Assembly (NCBI RefSeq): GCF_009914755.1
Contig: NC_060931.1
Reading direction: 5' to 3' (one strand)
Length of the DNA stretch: 64,000 bases
DNA from: the human T2T-CHM13v2.0 reference genome, Homo sapiens
Of the stretch, positions 60,568 to 64,000 are shown piece after piece (position 1 is the first letter of the stretch; each line of letters starts with the position of its first letter). The notes beneath the pieces were generated by a model that made no database searches, was not told where the DNA came from, and saw only the letters and a list, made by a program, of their open reading frames with translations. The translations under genes were made by a program, and so were the position numbers.

Positions 60568-61800
60568 CTAGGTGACAGAGCAAGACTCTGTCTCGGAAAA
60601 AAATAATTAAATTAAAAGAAAAAAAGAAAACCAGACAGAACCTTCTCACTGCTCAGTCTCTGTCTTCCCCAGCCACTGTGAAAGGGGCCTGACTCCCCAT
60701 GGGGGTGATGAACAGGCTCTCGGGAGACCAGAGGCATGGCCTTCCTGGATCACACAAATTGCCTGAATTGCTCTCCCTTGGGCCACCTGTCCCTGCCCTC
60801 TGCGGGAGAAAGGCCCAGACTGCAGGAGAATCTGCCCTCCCAACAGATGTGTGTGTTTGAGCGACTTAAGAACCTTCCTTCTCCTATAGGATTTAGGGGT
60901 CCTGGCATCTTTTTTTTTTTTTCTTTTTGAGACAGGGTCTCACTCTGTTGCCCAGGCTGGAGGCGTGATCTTGGCTCACTGCAACCTCCACCTCCCAGGT
61001 TGAAGCAATTCTCCTGCCTCAGCCTCCCGAGTAGCTGAGATTACAGGCTCCTGCCACCACGCCCAGGTAATTTTTGTATTTTTAGTAGAGATGGGGTTTC
61101 ACCATGTTGGCCAAGCTGGTCTTGAACTCCTGACCTCAAGTGATCTGCCCACCTTGGCCTCCCAAAGTGCTGAGATTACAGGTGTGAGCCACTGCGCCCG
61201 GCCGGTGCTGGCTTTAGAGAACTAACACTCGTTGGTAGCATAAACTTGGGGAAGATCCTAATGGTTGAATTTTTTTGTTGTTATTTAAAGTCAAGGTCTC
61301 GCTCTGTCGCCCACGCTGGAGTGCACTGCCAGCCTCAAACTCCTGGGCTCGAGAGATTCTCCCACCTTGCCCTCCAGAGTAGCTGGGACTACAGGCGTAT
61401 GCCACCATACCTGGCTAAATTTTTAAAAATTTAAAAAATTTTTTCGAGATGGGGGTCTTACTACATTGTCCAGGCTGGTCTCCAACTCCTGACCTCAAGT
61501 GATCCTCCCTCCTTGGTCTCCCAAAGTGCTGGGATGACAGGCGCGAGCCACTGCACCTGGCCAAACCATTTGTTTTTCATGGGATATTCTAGGAACACAC
61601 GTGGTGTGCAGGGCAGGGCCTGCAGTACAGGTAGGAGCTGTGCTGTCTTAAAATCACCACCTTCTCCCAGACCCACATTTTTGGAAGGGGGCATAAGGGG
61701 CAGGTGATCAGAAGCACCACAGGCAGTATCTGAGCTCAGTGCATGGCCTCTTGGGCTCTAGATATGGGAACCTTCTGCAACACTGAGACCTGCAGCCATG

Positions 61801-61837
<37 letters not shown>

Positions 61838-61981
61838 AGACAGTCTCGCTCTGTTGCCCAAGCTGGAGTGCAGTGGTGCGATCTCGGCTTACCATAATCT
61901 CCACCTCCTGGCTTCAAGCAATTCTCTGCCTCAGCCTCCCGAGTAGCTGGGATTACAGGCATCCACCACCACACCTGGCTA

Positions 61982-62892
<911 letters not shown>

Positions 62893-63584
62893 ATCCAGGT
62901 ATCCATCTGGAGCAACCACCTGTGGTATATGCGGTGCTGGGCTTGGTCTCTCCATGATGCCATCTAACCCTCAGGCCATCCTAAGGAAGGTTCTGCCATG
63001 CCCCTCTGCAGACGGGACACTGAGACCTGGGGGGTAATGGAACATGTTCACTGTCACAGTTAGCAAGGGCAGAGCTGGGATGAGAGGATCAGGGCAGAAC
63101 TGAGATCTCCTGACAATGATTCCTTTTTTTTTTTTTTTTTGAGACAGGCTTTTTCTCAATCTCTGTCCCCCAGGCTGGAGTGCAGTGGCATGATCCTGGC
63201 TTACTGCAGCCTCAACCTCCCGGGCTCAAGTGATCCTCCCACCTAAGCCTCCAGAATAGTTGGGACTACAGGCAGGAATCACCATGCCCAGCTACTTCTT
63301 GTATATTTTTTTGTAGAGATGGGGGTCTCGCTATGTTGCCCAGGCTGGTCTCGAGCTTCTAAGCTCAAGCAATCCCATCACCTCAGCCTCCCAAACTGCT
63401 GAGATTACAGGTGTGAGCCACTGCCCCCAACCCCCTGACAGTGACTCTTGAAAGGGGCTCAACTTTTGCTTCTGTGGGAGCCCCGAGGACCAGAACCAGA
63501 CCTGCCCTGAGAAGGGGCTAGACCTCCCATCTTTCAGAGTCTCACTGGCTCACCCTTCATAGAGAGAGGAGTGGCACAGTCTAG

Positions 63585-63911
<327 letters not shown>

Positions 63912-64000
63912 TGAGTCCAAAGCTAGCTTCTTCGAGTAAGTTATACAGATGGCTTTAGGGAGGTTCCTCACCCTCTGGGGCCTCGGTTTCCTTATCTGTG

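Overview
This is human (primate) genomic DNA, recognisable as the 7q22.1 STAG3-PVRIG-CASTOR3/GATS locus. On the + strand are the last 26 coding exons of the meiotic cohesin subunit STAG3 (3120-21828; 936 aa when spliced, every junction GT-AG and in phase) and the complete five-coding-exon PVRIG/CD112R gene (27724-29064, 326 aa). On the - strand are four exons of a CASTOR2-derived duplicate (CASTOR3/GATS). It has a 4-nt frameshift and premature stop in its fourth exon, no recognisable downstream CASTOR exons, and a first exon outside the window. The remainder is repeat-rich: Tigger1 with nested Alus, a solo LTR13 with a 6-bp TSD, a THE1 LTR, MLT1, L1/L2, a 36-bp VNTR, a 5' U2 snRNA fragment and a very dense Alu field (31-64 kb). 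I found no wholly new gene family. The best leads are a 145-aa spliced upstream-overlapping ORF in PVRIG, a near-consensus CTCF motif inside the LTR13 between STAG3 and PVRIG, a compact ETS/TATA/Inr promoter or micro-exon at 26.4 kb, the VNTR open on both strands where CASTOR homology ends, and a 399-bp tandem duplication of an Alu plus its flank. Gene and repeat names come from my recall of known sequences, not from a database search.
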